A stretch of DNA of 64,000 nt from Pelagomonas calceolata. Its lineage: Eukaryota. How positions within the stretch are numbered: position 1 is the first letter of the stretch; every line of letters begins with the position of its first letter. Below, one piece after another: positions 32,346 through 41,550 of the stretch. The translations under genes were made by a program, and so were the position numbers. The stretch covers positions 6,014,001 through 6,078,000 of the forward strand of contig CAKKNE010000002.1 in assembly GCA_918797485.1 (NCBI GenBank). The letters run 5' to 3'. The notes below the pieces were generated by a model. It saw only the letters and a list, made by a program, of their open reading frames with translations, was not told where the DNA came from and ran no database searches.

Positions 32346-34566
32346 TTATACTTTGGCCTCGGCGATCGCCTTCACGATGTCACTGATCTCCGGCTTGAGC
32401 GACGCGCCGCCCACCAAGAAGCCGTCGATGTCCGGGAACGAAGAGAGTTCCGGCGCGTTGCCCGCATTTGCGCTTCCTCCGTATTGGATGCGGATCGCGT
32501 CGGCCGTGGCGCGGTCGACGTTCGCGGCGATCCAGTCGCGGATGCCCTTGTCTGCGCGGGATTGAGACGTGGTGGCACGCCATCGACGCGTAAAAAGTGA
32601 AGGACGCGGATCACGCACGCGTCTCCTGCGCCTGCTCGGGCGTCGCGGCCACACCCGTGCCGATGGCCCAGACCTGCGACGCGGAAGTTCATCGCGGTGT
32701 CATTGATTGGGACACTGATTTCAAGAGACTGGCTCGTAGGCGATGACGACGCGCGACTTGTCCTCCAAGGCCTTCAGGATCGGCACGATCTGTGTGGAAA
32801 TCAAATTTCAGGCGCCACGCCATTGACGCGACATGGTCCCCATAACTTCATCTGCTCGATGGCGTGGAGCTTCCACGCCATCGATGCGACGTCGTCCCTG
32901 TAACTGCTGCAGCTATGGCGTGGAGGTTCTCCGTAATAATTCGGACCTAACTGACCGGTTGATTTCCACACAGGCGACAACGTCCGTGAGCTGATCGGCG
33001 CATTCGCTGAGGACCTGTGCATAAATCAAAAGTTCACGGCGCGTTCGCGCTGAATCGTCGCGTCGACCTCCACGCCATCGACGCGACGCCTGCTCGATGG
33101 CGTGGCGATACTGGTTCCTCACCGCTCGACGGAGCCAACACGCCCGCGTCATCGCCGAGAAATGACTTAGTGAAGAATTATCGGGTGGACCCGACTCACT
33201 GGTTGATTTGTGCACAGCAAAGGACCGCTTGAATCCCCTTCTGTCGAATCGACAGCGGCTCGCCGATGCAGAAGACGCAATTTAGCCCCTGGTCCAAAAT
33301 ATACTGGAGCTTCGTCGCCATGAGCTGGTTGGACTCGGCCGGCGTGGGCAGGCCGAATTCTCCGCGCCGTTCGCTGTGGCCGATGAGCACCCACCCGAGG
33401 CCCAGGTCTTGGATTTGATCAACCGACATCTCTCCGGTGTAGGCGCCGCAGCCCTTGAAGTTACAGTTTTGCGGAGCTACATGGACACCAGGCGTGAAGT
33501 TGTCCTTGACGAGAGCAACATGTAAATTCGACGGACACACATAAACATCACATTTTTCGAGGTACGGCGCGACGCCGTCGAAGTTCCGGCAGAGCTCGTC
33601 GAGCGACGACGCGGTGGCGGGGTTGCACTTCCAGTTGCCGCCGACGATCGGTCGTCGTTTGCCGCCCGCGTGCGACACAGATGGCGCCGGTGCCGCGGCT
33701 GAAGTGGTCTCCTTGCCGACGACGACTGATACCTGCGCGGATCAAAGTCAACGCCATCGACGCGACCACTGGCTGATTTTCGCACAGACTGTGACCGCTT
33801 TGACCGCGGACGCCACGTCGTAGCGGCCGGTCCAGCCGCGGGGCAAGGCGACCGTGTCGCCGGCGACGCAGCGCACGGCCGAGCCGTCCGCGTTCGTCAC
33901 GAACATCTCGCCGCTCAGCACGTAGATCGACTCCGTCGTCGCCTTGTCGCGGACCTCCACGGGGCCCGGCTGGCGCGTCCAGACCCGCACGGCCGTGTCG
34001 CCTGCCTTGTAGATGTCGCCGTCGGACATTTGCGACGGCGTCGCGATGACGGGGGACGTGGACCTGCCGTCGTCTGCATGCGTGTGCACGGCCCAGACCT
34101 TGTGGAGGTCCTTCTGCACGTCCCATCGGCCCGACCAGCCGCGCGGCAGCACTACGACGTCGCCGGCCGCAAAGCGATGCCGCGTGCCGTCTTCTTCATC
34201 CACGGAGCCTTCGCCTTCAAGCATGATAAACCACTCCGTTGATGTGCGCGGCGCCGGGCTGAGCCAGCCGCCTTCGCTACATGACCACGACCCCACGGCC
34301 ACGTCTCCCAATTTGACGAGGGGCCGCGTCGCGTCAACGGGCGCGCCAACATCGGTGTTCGCGCGTGGGCCCTTGACCGTGAGCTTATCTCTCGCGAAGT
34401 AGCTCGGCGGGGCGTGCGTCAGCCAGTTGTGGCCGCCGATGACGGCGCGGCGGTGGTCGTCCACAGCAGCGATTGCTGGCGCGGACGGCGGTGCAGCGAC
34501 TGGCTTCTTCCAGAGTTGCAGTGCATTGGTTGTGACGAGCAACGCTGCGGCTGCGAGTGTGTGCAT
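32346..34566 (-). CDS. TPI: Fusion: signal peptide + two cupin (DUF861/EutQ-like) domains + triosephosphate isomerase; exons 34566-33796, 33732-33226, 33014-32982, 32789-32730, 32673-32619, 32551-32346
   Basis: TPI motifs [39 protein letters not shown] are restored by five GT-AG introns. Cupin motifs [15 protein letters not shown] and [15 protein letters not shown]. The TPI part has no ATG of its own after the acceptor. Confidence 0.8.
32790..32981 (-). mobile_element. Introner-type intron in TPI
   Basis: TIRs ctgtgtggaaatcaa / ttgatttccacacag at 32790-32973, with the GT donor 8 nt outside the TIR. Confidence 0.8.
33015..33225 (-). mobile_element. Introner-type intron in TPI (same subfamily as 38929 and 58041)
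   Basis: TIR element 33015-33217; flanks ctgaggac / caaaggac (6/8 TSD); internal sequence aligns by eye with 38937-39139 in reverse orientation. Confidence 0.85.
33733..33795 (-). mobile_element. Short, internally deleted introner-type intron joining the cupin and TPI exons
   Basis: ctgcgcggatcaaa ... ctgattttcgcacag; flanks actgatac / actgtgac (6/8 TSD). Confidence 0.7.
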
Positions 34567-35771
34567 TGCAGTTGCAGCCTGCAGAGAGCGCTGCTGTCTA
34601 CAGCGTTGACGGTGTTGCTTGCTGGAAAATCAAAGCGATTGGCAGCGTCTATAACTAGGACGCTTATCACGCAAGTCCACGTCACGGTGGACGAATGCGC
34701 CCGTAAGTCGCCGCACAAGCGGTGATGAAAAGGGACGCTTAGTTTTGGTGCGGGGTGCGGGACCGCACTCGTCCAACAAACGCGTCGAGGGCTGCATTCC
34801 GGCCTTTGGCATCTCCCCCCAACGGCTTAGACGCGTACGACACGACCCCGTCCGACTGGAAGCGTGCTGGCTCGAACTGGTGACGGGTCCTGACAAAACA
34901 GAGCGGGTTCTTCGGACGGGTACTACGTGGTCACGGCCGTGTCCGTTTGGCGAGTGTTAGACCCCCTTCCCCCCCTCGCGCCGCTCGTCGGTTTAGGAAA
35001 CTCGCCGTAGTCGGCGCAGACCGGGCGGCGGTTGCTCCTGGCCCCCACATTGTAGACGAGGTCGGCGCCTTGACATCCTGAACCATGAGTGGCCGTCGTC
35101 GAGGCGGCGGGGGTGGGTCTCGCGCGTCGTCGACGCGAACCGTGCCGGAGGAGCTGCGTAGGGGTCGTGGCCGTTCCGAAAGTCCTGGAGCCGCCTCGGC
35201 ACGCCGTCGACCATGCCGCCGTCGCCGCGTCGGTGGTGGACCGGCGCCTACGCGGGTAGGTCGGCGGCGGCGTCCGTCCGAGGTCGCAACAGCCAACGCG
35301 GGGCGCGCCGTCCGCGGCGCGTCTTGGTCCTCACGCGACGGAGCGGTCCTTTCGCAGCGGGAGACGTCGGCAGCGCCGGCGGGGGCCCACGACGCGCGCC
35401 GTGCGTGCTCGCTCAGCGTGATGGGCAGCCTGCGCGGCCGCTCGCGGGTGTCGAAGGCAGTGGACACTATGGGAGCCAATTTCCGCTCACCGGCAGCCGC
35501 CTCCAGCCCGATCAGGGCCCGGACGTGTCACCTGAGACACGCCGGACCCACGCGCTGGACCGTCGGGCACGCAGGTGCGGTAGGGCACCGCGTTTCATCC
35601 GCTTTGCCCTGCTGCCCCTCTCCCAAAATCTGTGCAGGAGAGCTGCTGCGGTGCAATTGGGCAACTCGAAGTCCGCAGGCACCCCCTAGGCCACCCCGTT
35701 GTCGTGGGGGGCCGCTAGGCCGGCTAGGCGACCCGCCAAAATGGGGCCCAGCAGCAGGGCCGCCAGCAGCC

Positions 35772-37844
35772 ATGAGTAACTGGCAACGAGGGCACTGCCG
35801 AGCGCTGTGCGCAGCCATGATTCCTTCACCGATGACAGGAAACCAGCCGCAGTGCCCACATGACCAGTGCGTCGACGCCTGCGGGCAAGACTGCGGCGCG
35901 GAGACGCACCGGCGACGCAAAAGAGGGCGGAGGTTTGGCACTGATGGAAGAGCCTTCTCGCCGCGCGCCGGACCCCACGAGGCGCAGCAGCGGCCGCGCG
36001 ACGCTCTCGCAGCACTCTCCGCCGCCGTCGCGGACAACGAGCCGCGGCCGCGTACAAACGGCCCGCGCGAGCCCGTCGGCATCGAAAACCCCGGGGCGCC
36101 TGCACTGGTCGAGGCCGCCGTGCCGCCGCCGCCGCCGCCACAGCCCGCGGTCGCCGCGCCGCCCGCTGCGCGCGTGTTATCGGCGCCGACGGGCGGCGGC
36201 GCCGTCGAGGCCGCCCTGTCCGCTTTGCAGTTCAGCCCGCGCACGTTCGAGCGGCGTCTCAAAGCCGCGAGTTTTCGCGGCAACCCCGACGATGGGACTC
36301 AGTGCGCGATAGACCCGCTCTCCTGCCAGTTCGCGACGTCGCCGCACTACACGCCCACGGGTGCTGCGTTCGAGGAGGCGGTGAAGACCCAGCTGCGCAT
36401 GGACATCGTGTGCAACGTCCACGCTATTGCCGACGAAGTCTATGCCTGTGTGCGGAGTGGCCGCCACGCGGACCTAGGGCTACTCCGTCGTTTCGTCGAG
36501 TCGACTGTACTGTCTGGCCCCGGACCGGCGGCTTTGGCGGCGCACGCGCCGCACCCTCTCGGCCCTGCCACTGCCTACGAAGCCTCGGTTGAAGCGCACG
36601 ACTTCGCGCCGAAGCTGGCGGCTCTGGCGCTCCTCGAGACGAACTTCGACATCTACTACGCAGCCACGGACCCTGGCGACGCCCCGGCGTCGGTCGTAGC
36701 TCCAGCGGAGGTAGTGGTGGATGACGTGGACTGGTCCGAGCGGCGTCGGCTTCTCGAGGCCGCGCTTTTGAGGAAACGGGAGCGTGCCGACCAATCTCGA
36801 AACACCTGGGCACAAAAGCGTGATGAAGGGACGGCTTCGCGGGGCGGACTGAGCGACAGGTGCGGCGCATCGGGCGCGGTCCTTTTTCGGGAGTTCTGCC
36901 CGATGGGCTGTGCTCCGACGGGTTTTCAGAGGGTGGCGTGCGGCGCGAGCCTCTGCGACGCGTCGGGCAAGTTGGTGCAACGCCCTTTCTGCAAGGAGGG
37001 CTGCCCGGCGACGGACACTCATGTGGCGTGTGGCAGTGCCCTCTGCGACGTGTCGGGGGTGCGACGCGATTACTGCACGATGGGCTGCCCGGCGACGGAC
37101 ACTCATGTGGCGTGCGGTCATGGCCTCTGCAACGCGTCGGGCTCGCGGGTCCAACGGCACTGGTGTACGGCGCGCTGCCCGGCGACTGGCTCTCGGGTGG
37201 CGTGCGGTGGTGGCCTCTGCCCCGGCGAGGACGGCCAGTACCGGCGGAGGCACTGGTGCCGCTGTGACGACGTTCGGTGCGGCGGCGGCTTCTGTGAGAG
37301 GTCGCACAAGCGGCGCGGGGAGTGCATGTGCGGCGACCTCCGCTGCGGATTTAATAAGCCTCGGCACCTTATTGGGCGGATGATCAACAAGGCCTTCGCC
37401 CCGAACCTGACGAACGACCAGATCGACGTGGGCCTCGGGTACACCGCGAAGCAGCTGCGGGAGGCGTTGCTCAAGACGTCGCCGTGGGACGAGGCGACGA
37501 CGATCGACAAGTGGAACCGAGGCGAGCTGCAGGTCGACCACATCTTCCCCCTCGCGCGGTTCCGTGATCGGGGCGCGTTCGTCGACGCGAACGGCATGCC
37601 GACGCCGCTTGCGTTCGAGGCTAACGCGCTCTGGAACCTCCAGCTGCTGGAGGCGGCCGTCAACAACGAAAAGTCGGACTCGTACACCGCGACGTGCGCG
37701 GCCGGCCTGGCGCAGCGGAAGGCCTGCTTCGTGGCCGCGCGCGGCGGCACGGCGTCGTTCGACTTCGCGCGCTACCTCGAGCTCCTCGTCGCGGACGTCC
37801 GCGCCGGCAACCACTCCATCGGCGCCCCGGCCAAAGAGCCCTAG
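35772..37844 (+). CDS. Cys-rich repeat protein with C-terminal HNH-type endonuclease domain
   Basis: Repeated C..GCPAT..xVACGxxLC units; LQVDHIFPL...NALWNLQLLEAAVNNEKS; intronless; start uncertain. Confidence 0.7.
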   Translation: MSNWQRGHCRALCAAMIPSPMTGNQPQCPHDQCVDACGQDCGAETHRRRKRGRRFGTDGRAFSPRAGPHEAQQRPRDALAALSAAVADNEPRPRTNGPREPVGIENPGAPALVEAAVPPPPPPQPAVAAPPAARVLSAPTGGGAVEAALSALQFSPRTFERRLKAASFRGNPDDGTQCAIDPLSCQFATSPHYTPTGAAFEEAVKTQLRMDIVCNVHAIADEVYACVRSGRHADLGLLRRFVESTVLSGPGPAALAAHAPHPLGPATAYEASVEAHDFAPKLAALALLETNFDIYYAATDPGDAPASVVAPAEVVVDDVDWSERRRLLEAALLRKRERADQSRNTWAQKRDEGTASRGGLSDRCGASGAVLFREFCPMGCAPTGFQRVACGASLCDASGKLVQRPFCKEGCPATDTHVACGSALCDVSGVRRDYCTMGCPATDTHVACGHGLCNASGSRVQRHWCTARCPATGSRVACGGGLCPGEDGQYRRRHWCRCDDVRCGGGFCERSHKRRGECMCGDLRCGFNKPRHLIGRMINKAFAPNLTNDQIDVGLGYTAKQLREALLKTSPWDEATTIDKWNRGELQVDHIFPLARFRDRGAFVDANGMPTPLAFEANALWNLQLLEAAVNNEKSDSYTATCAAGLAQRKACFVAARGGTASFDFARYLELLVADVRAGNHSIGAPAKEP

Positions 37845-38364
37845 ATTTTGTAAGCACAGTATGTTTGTCACTTGAGTACTCGCACGTCGCCTACCCCGCG
37901 AGTCGCGAGTCCGTCCGGTCGAGGCGCGGCGTACCCGCGGACTATCGGCGCGTGCGGGATGCATCGGCAGGACGCGCCCGATGAAGGAGTCGAACTGTAG
38001 AGCACGCGTAATAACACTAACGTGACGCTGTCCCCGCCGATCCAGGCGCTTCGCGGCGCGTCCCACGTGCCATGCCCCACACAGGGCTTTGACTCACAGA
38101 CGGCTTTACGCGCCTCAAACGCAGCTCATACGCACGCAGTTGCAGCGAGACGTTGCGGCACATCTGCATTCTTGCTAATCTACACATTCGTAAGCGAAAA
38201 CGGCGCGTTCAAACGTCCTACGGGCGCGTTTTTTGGCGTGCAAATCCATACTGCGGGCTGTCTGCGCTGCAAAAAGCATACGCGACGTGATAAGTTCACT
38301 GCAAAAGGTCGTAGTAATCTTCTCCAACAAATTGTATTAATCTTCTCCAACAAGCTGCACAATA

Positions 38365-39259
38365 ATGAAAGTCTGTATCATCTACGGCAGTGAGTCCGGC
38401 AACTCGGAGCGCGCCGTCAAAGCTATCGCGAAGACGTGGCAGGGGTCGAATTTCGAGATCGGCGAGATCATGGAGGGCGCGACGGCCGCGGTCCGAGGGT
38501 TCGCGGCGCTCGCGGAGCAGTACGACTTCCTGGTCGTCGCGACGTCGTCGAACGGCGAGGGCGACCCGCCGTTCAACTTTCATCCGTTTTTGAAAGCCTT
38601 ATACGCGGCCGACGACGCGGGCGAGAAGCCGCTGACGGGCTGCGGCTTCGCGGTGTTGGGCTTCGGCTGCTCGCACTTCGACACGTTCCAGAATTGCCCT
38701 CGTTTGACGGACAAGCTACTGGCAGACTTGGGAGCGATCCGCGCCGTTTCCCGCGAGGAGTGCGACGACTCGGACGAGGATCATACCAAACAAGCCAAGG
38801 CCAAATGGGGCGACGCTGTCCTCAAGGTCCTGCAATCCGGCAAAATTCCGAGCGCGCACGTCGGCGACTGGGCCGACGCCTGCACGCAGAACGGCGCGAC
38901 GATTCTCGACAAGCACGACGACATGCTCGTCGCGGCCTGCGTGGAAATCAACCAGTGCGTCGGGTGCACCCGACAATTCTTCACTAAGTCATTTCTTGGC
39001 GACGATGCGGCCGTGCTGGCTCGGTCGAGCGGTGAGGAACCGGCATCACCACGCCATCGAGCAGGCGTCGCGTCGATGGCGTGGAGGCCGACGCGACGAG
39101 TCAGCACGAACGCGTCGTAAAACTTTGATTTACACACAGGTCGCGGCGGCCCAGGGGGCGCCGTCCGTGCCGTTGCTCGTCTTCGGCGCGCTGGCCGTCG
39201 CCGCGGCCGGCGTCGCCGTGAGCAAGTTCGCCGCGCTGACCGGCGAAGTCGCCGTCTGA
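38365..39259 (+). CDS. Flavodoxin-like (FMN-binding) protein with C-terminal membrane anchor; exons 38365-38928 and 39140-39259
   Basis: IIYGSESGNSE, TSSNGEGDPP, FAVLGFGCSHFDTFQ; exon 2 encodes the hydrophobic LLVFGALAVAAAGVAV. Confidence 0.85.
38929..39139 (+). mobile_element. Introner-type intron with perfect 8-bp TSD
   Basis: gtcgcggc at 38929-38936 and 39140-39147 flank the TIR element ctgcgtggaaatcaa...ttgatttacacacag. Confidence 0.9.
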
Positions 39260-39271
39260 TAGAAGACCCTT

Positions 39272-39415
39272 CTGTTCCTCTCCCCAAGTAACACGTACAC
39301 GTACACACACTACTTAGCCTGGTCGGTCCTCGAGGACTTCGACGTCCTGTTCCTCCCCAAGTAACACGTCACACACACACACTACTTAGCCTGGTCCTCG
39401 AGGACCTCGACGTCC
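39272..39415. repeat. Tandem duplication (~70-75 bp) covering the 3' end of the TPR gene
   Basis: ctgttcctc..cccaagtaacacgt..cacacactacttagcctggtc..ctcgaggacYtcgacgtcc occurs twice. Confidence 0.85.
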
Positions 39416-39900
39416 GCGAGGATCCGCCGCGCGACCGTTCCCGTTCGCGAGTCGCTCTCGTCGCCGAGGCGAAGCGCTGCGCGGGCGTGCTCGCGCGCGC
39501 CGGCGGCATCGCTCTGGCGGATGCGAATGATCGCGAGATTGCACCGCGTCGTCGCCAAGTCTCGCAGCGCGATGGACGCCTCGAGTTCGGCCGCCGCCTC
39601 CGCGAGGTCGCCGCGTTTCAGCAGAAGCGCGCCCACGTTGCCTCGTACTTCGGCGTACGCCGCGGGTGGGACTTTGTGCTCCTCGGCCGCGTCGATGAAG
39701 GCCTTGTACTCGTCCAAGGCACCGTCGAGGTCGCCCGCTCTTTGTAATACGAGTGCCCGCTCGAATTGTGATTTCAGCGAGACAGTCTGCGAGCCCACAA
39801 CCTCGAAGTTGTCGTCGGTTGCGCGTCGCCGCACAGTCCTGCTTGGTCTATGAGGGAGGAGCAGTGCTGTGGCACCAATAACGAGCGCGCAAACGTGCAT
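39382..39900 (-). CDS. TPR-repeat protein with N-terminal signal/transit peptide
   Basis: GDLDGALDEYK, NVGALLLKRGDLAEAAAELEASI, CNLAII TPR-like helices. Confidence 0.75.
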   Translation of the reverse strand: MHVCALVIGATALLLPHRPSRTVRRRATDDNFEVVGSQTVSLKSQFERALVLQRAGDLDGALDEYKAFIDAAEEHKVPPAAYAEVRGNVGALLLKRGDLAEAAAELEASIALRDLATTRCNLAIIRIRQSDAAGAREHARAALRLGDESDSRTGTVARRILADVEVLEDQAK

Positions 39901-40109
39901 GGCAACTCTCCGAGGCATCGCTATGCTGCCGAAGTGATCGCTGCGGTCAAACGTGAGACTAGTTGGGCTGCCTTTGTTTCTAAAGTTGCGCTCTCTCCAG
40001 CCAGAGAGACTGCTTTTATCAGCTGCTACGCTGCCGCTGTGGTCGCATGGGTCAACGCTTGGTCTCAGTAGTCCGCCGTGGTCTTATACTAACAGGTGCG
40101 ACGCGCAGC

Positions 40110-41045
40110 ATGGCTGAATTGGCGGCGTGCGAGCCATTTTATGCGGCACCCAGCGGGGGGACGACTGCCGCGTCCTACGCACACCAAGCGCACGCACCGT
40201 CCGGCTTCCACGAGTACACATTAGTAGGAAAGAGAGACGCCGGCCGCGACTCGAAACTGCTCACGTTCGCGCTGCCGGACACAATGCCGACGCTCGGCGC
40301 GAGCGTCATCTCGGGAGTAAAAGTTAAGCAGGAGGTCGCGGGCGAGGAGCTCGACAAGAGCTATTCGCCGACGTCGCCGGCCGAACGAACCGAGACCTTC
40401 GATCTTTTGGTGAAGGCCTACGCCCCGCGCAAGGGCGGCGGCCTCGGCGCGTGGCTCTGCGCGCTGGAGCCGGGCCAGAACGCCTCGATGAAGGTCAAGG
40501 GCGCCAAAAAAATCGTGGACGGCGCGCCGCTCGCGAGGAATCGCTTCAGGCGGATCGGGATGCTGGCGGGCGGGACGGGCGTGGCACCCTTCATGCACCT
40601 CGTCGCCACCCTGCTCGCGGATCCGGAGGACGCGACGCTGCTGGACCTCGTCGTGTCGCACCGGGAGCCGCAGGACGCGCTCTTGGACGCGGAGCTCGCC
40701 GCGCTGGCGGCCGCGAGCGCTGGCCGCCTGCGCGTGCACCACACGTTCTCGCGCGTCACGGAACCCGCGGCGCCGCCGCCGGCCGCGCGCTCGACCGGTG
40801 GAACGGTCTTCGCGTCGACGGGCGCCGGCCGCATCGACGACGCGCTCGCCCGGGCGATGCTGCCGTCGCCGTCGGAGGACGACGTATTCATTCTCGTCTG
40901 CGGCACGGACGGCTTTGTGGGCGACATGGCGGGCCCGATCGAGCGCGTCTACGACGCCGCCGGCAAGAAGTCCAAGGTCCAGGGGCCCACGTTGGGCGTG
41001 CTCGGGCGGCTCGGCTTCCGGCCGGAGCAGGTGTTTAAGCTCTAA
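40110..41045 (+). CDS. NADH-cytochrome b5 reductase family oxidoreductase
   Basis: KSYSPTS, FDLLVKAY, GMLAGGTGVAPF, ILVCG, LGF..EQVFKL. Confidence 0.9.
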   Translation: MAELAACEPFYAAPSGGTTAASYAHQAHAPSGFHEYTLVGKRDAGRDSKLLTFALPDTMPTLGASVISGVKVKQEVAGEELDKSYSPTSPAERTETFDLLVKAYAPRKGGGLGAWLCALEPGQNASMKVKGAKKIVDGAPLARNRFRRIGMLAGGTGVAPFMHLVATLLADPEDATLLDLVVSHREPQDALLDAELAALAAASAGRLRVHHTFSRVTEPAAPPPAARSTGGTVFASTGAGRIDDALARAMLPSPSEDDVFILVCGTDGFVGDMAGPIERVYDAAGKKSKVQGPTLGVLGRLGFRPEQVFKL

Positions 41046-41550
41046 GTTTAGGTGTATTTCTACTGGCTATTTCCATAGCATGAGGCCAAACGCGGCGCCC
41101 GCGGCTCGACGACGACGCGGCTTTGGCCACTGATTGGCATAAATTGCTCTCAGAGCCCTCCGGTCGGCCCGAGCGTGCTTTTCGTGCGGGTCGCTCTTCA
41201 GAGCTTCCGTGGGCTAGCGGCCTGTAAAGACACTAGGGATGCCTAGCAAGCAGCAGCTTCAGCTCCTCGCCGTATTGTTGCCGCGCGAGTCCCATAGACC
41301 CGCAGCACTTGCCGCGCGTGCCTGACAGGACCCGCGCAGCACTTCTGCACCGTCCGAGAGCAACGCCGCGTCAGCGCTAGCTCAAAAGGCCTCCTCGCCG
41401 ATCGCCGAGGCAGCGCTTGAGTTCCGCGCCGCGCGCCACCCGGAGAGACCGCCGCGGGCAGGGAAGCGCCGCGCGCCACACCCGCAGCCAGCGCCGCGGG
41501 ACACGGGAAGGGAAGGGACAGCAACCAAAGGTAGCGAGGCCGGCCGTTGC

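Noticed and set aside
35085..35771. N-terminal extension of the 919-aa ORF
   Set aside because: Low-complexity, non-coding-like sequence; the real start is probably at or after 35772.
36880..37230. Regularly spaced repeats as a CRISPR-like array
   Set aside because: They are in-frame coding repeats of a Cys-rich protein; eukaryotic context and no cas genes.
38062..38070. CACGTGC upstream of the flavodoxin-like gene as an iron-response motif
   Set aside because: Imperfect single match and a common G-box-like word; no support.
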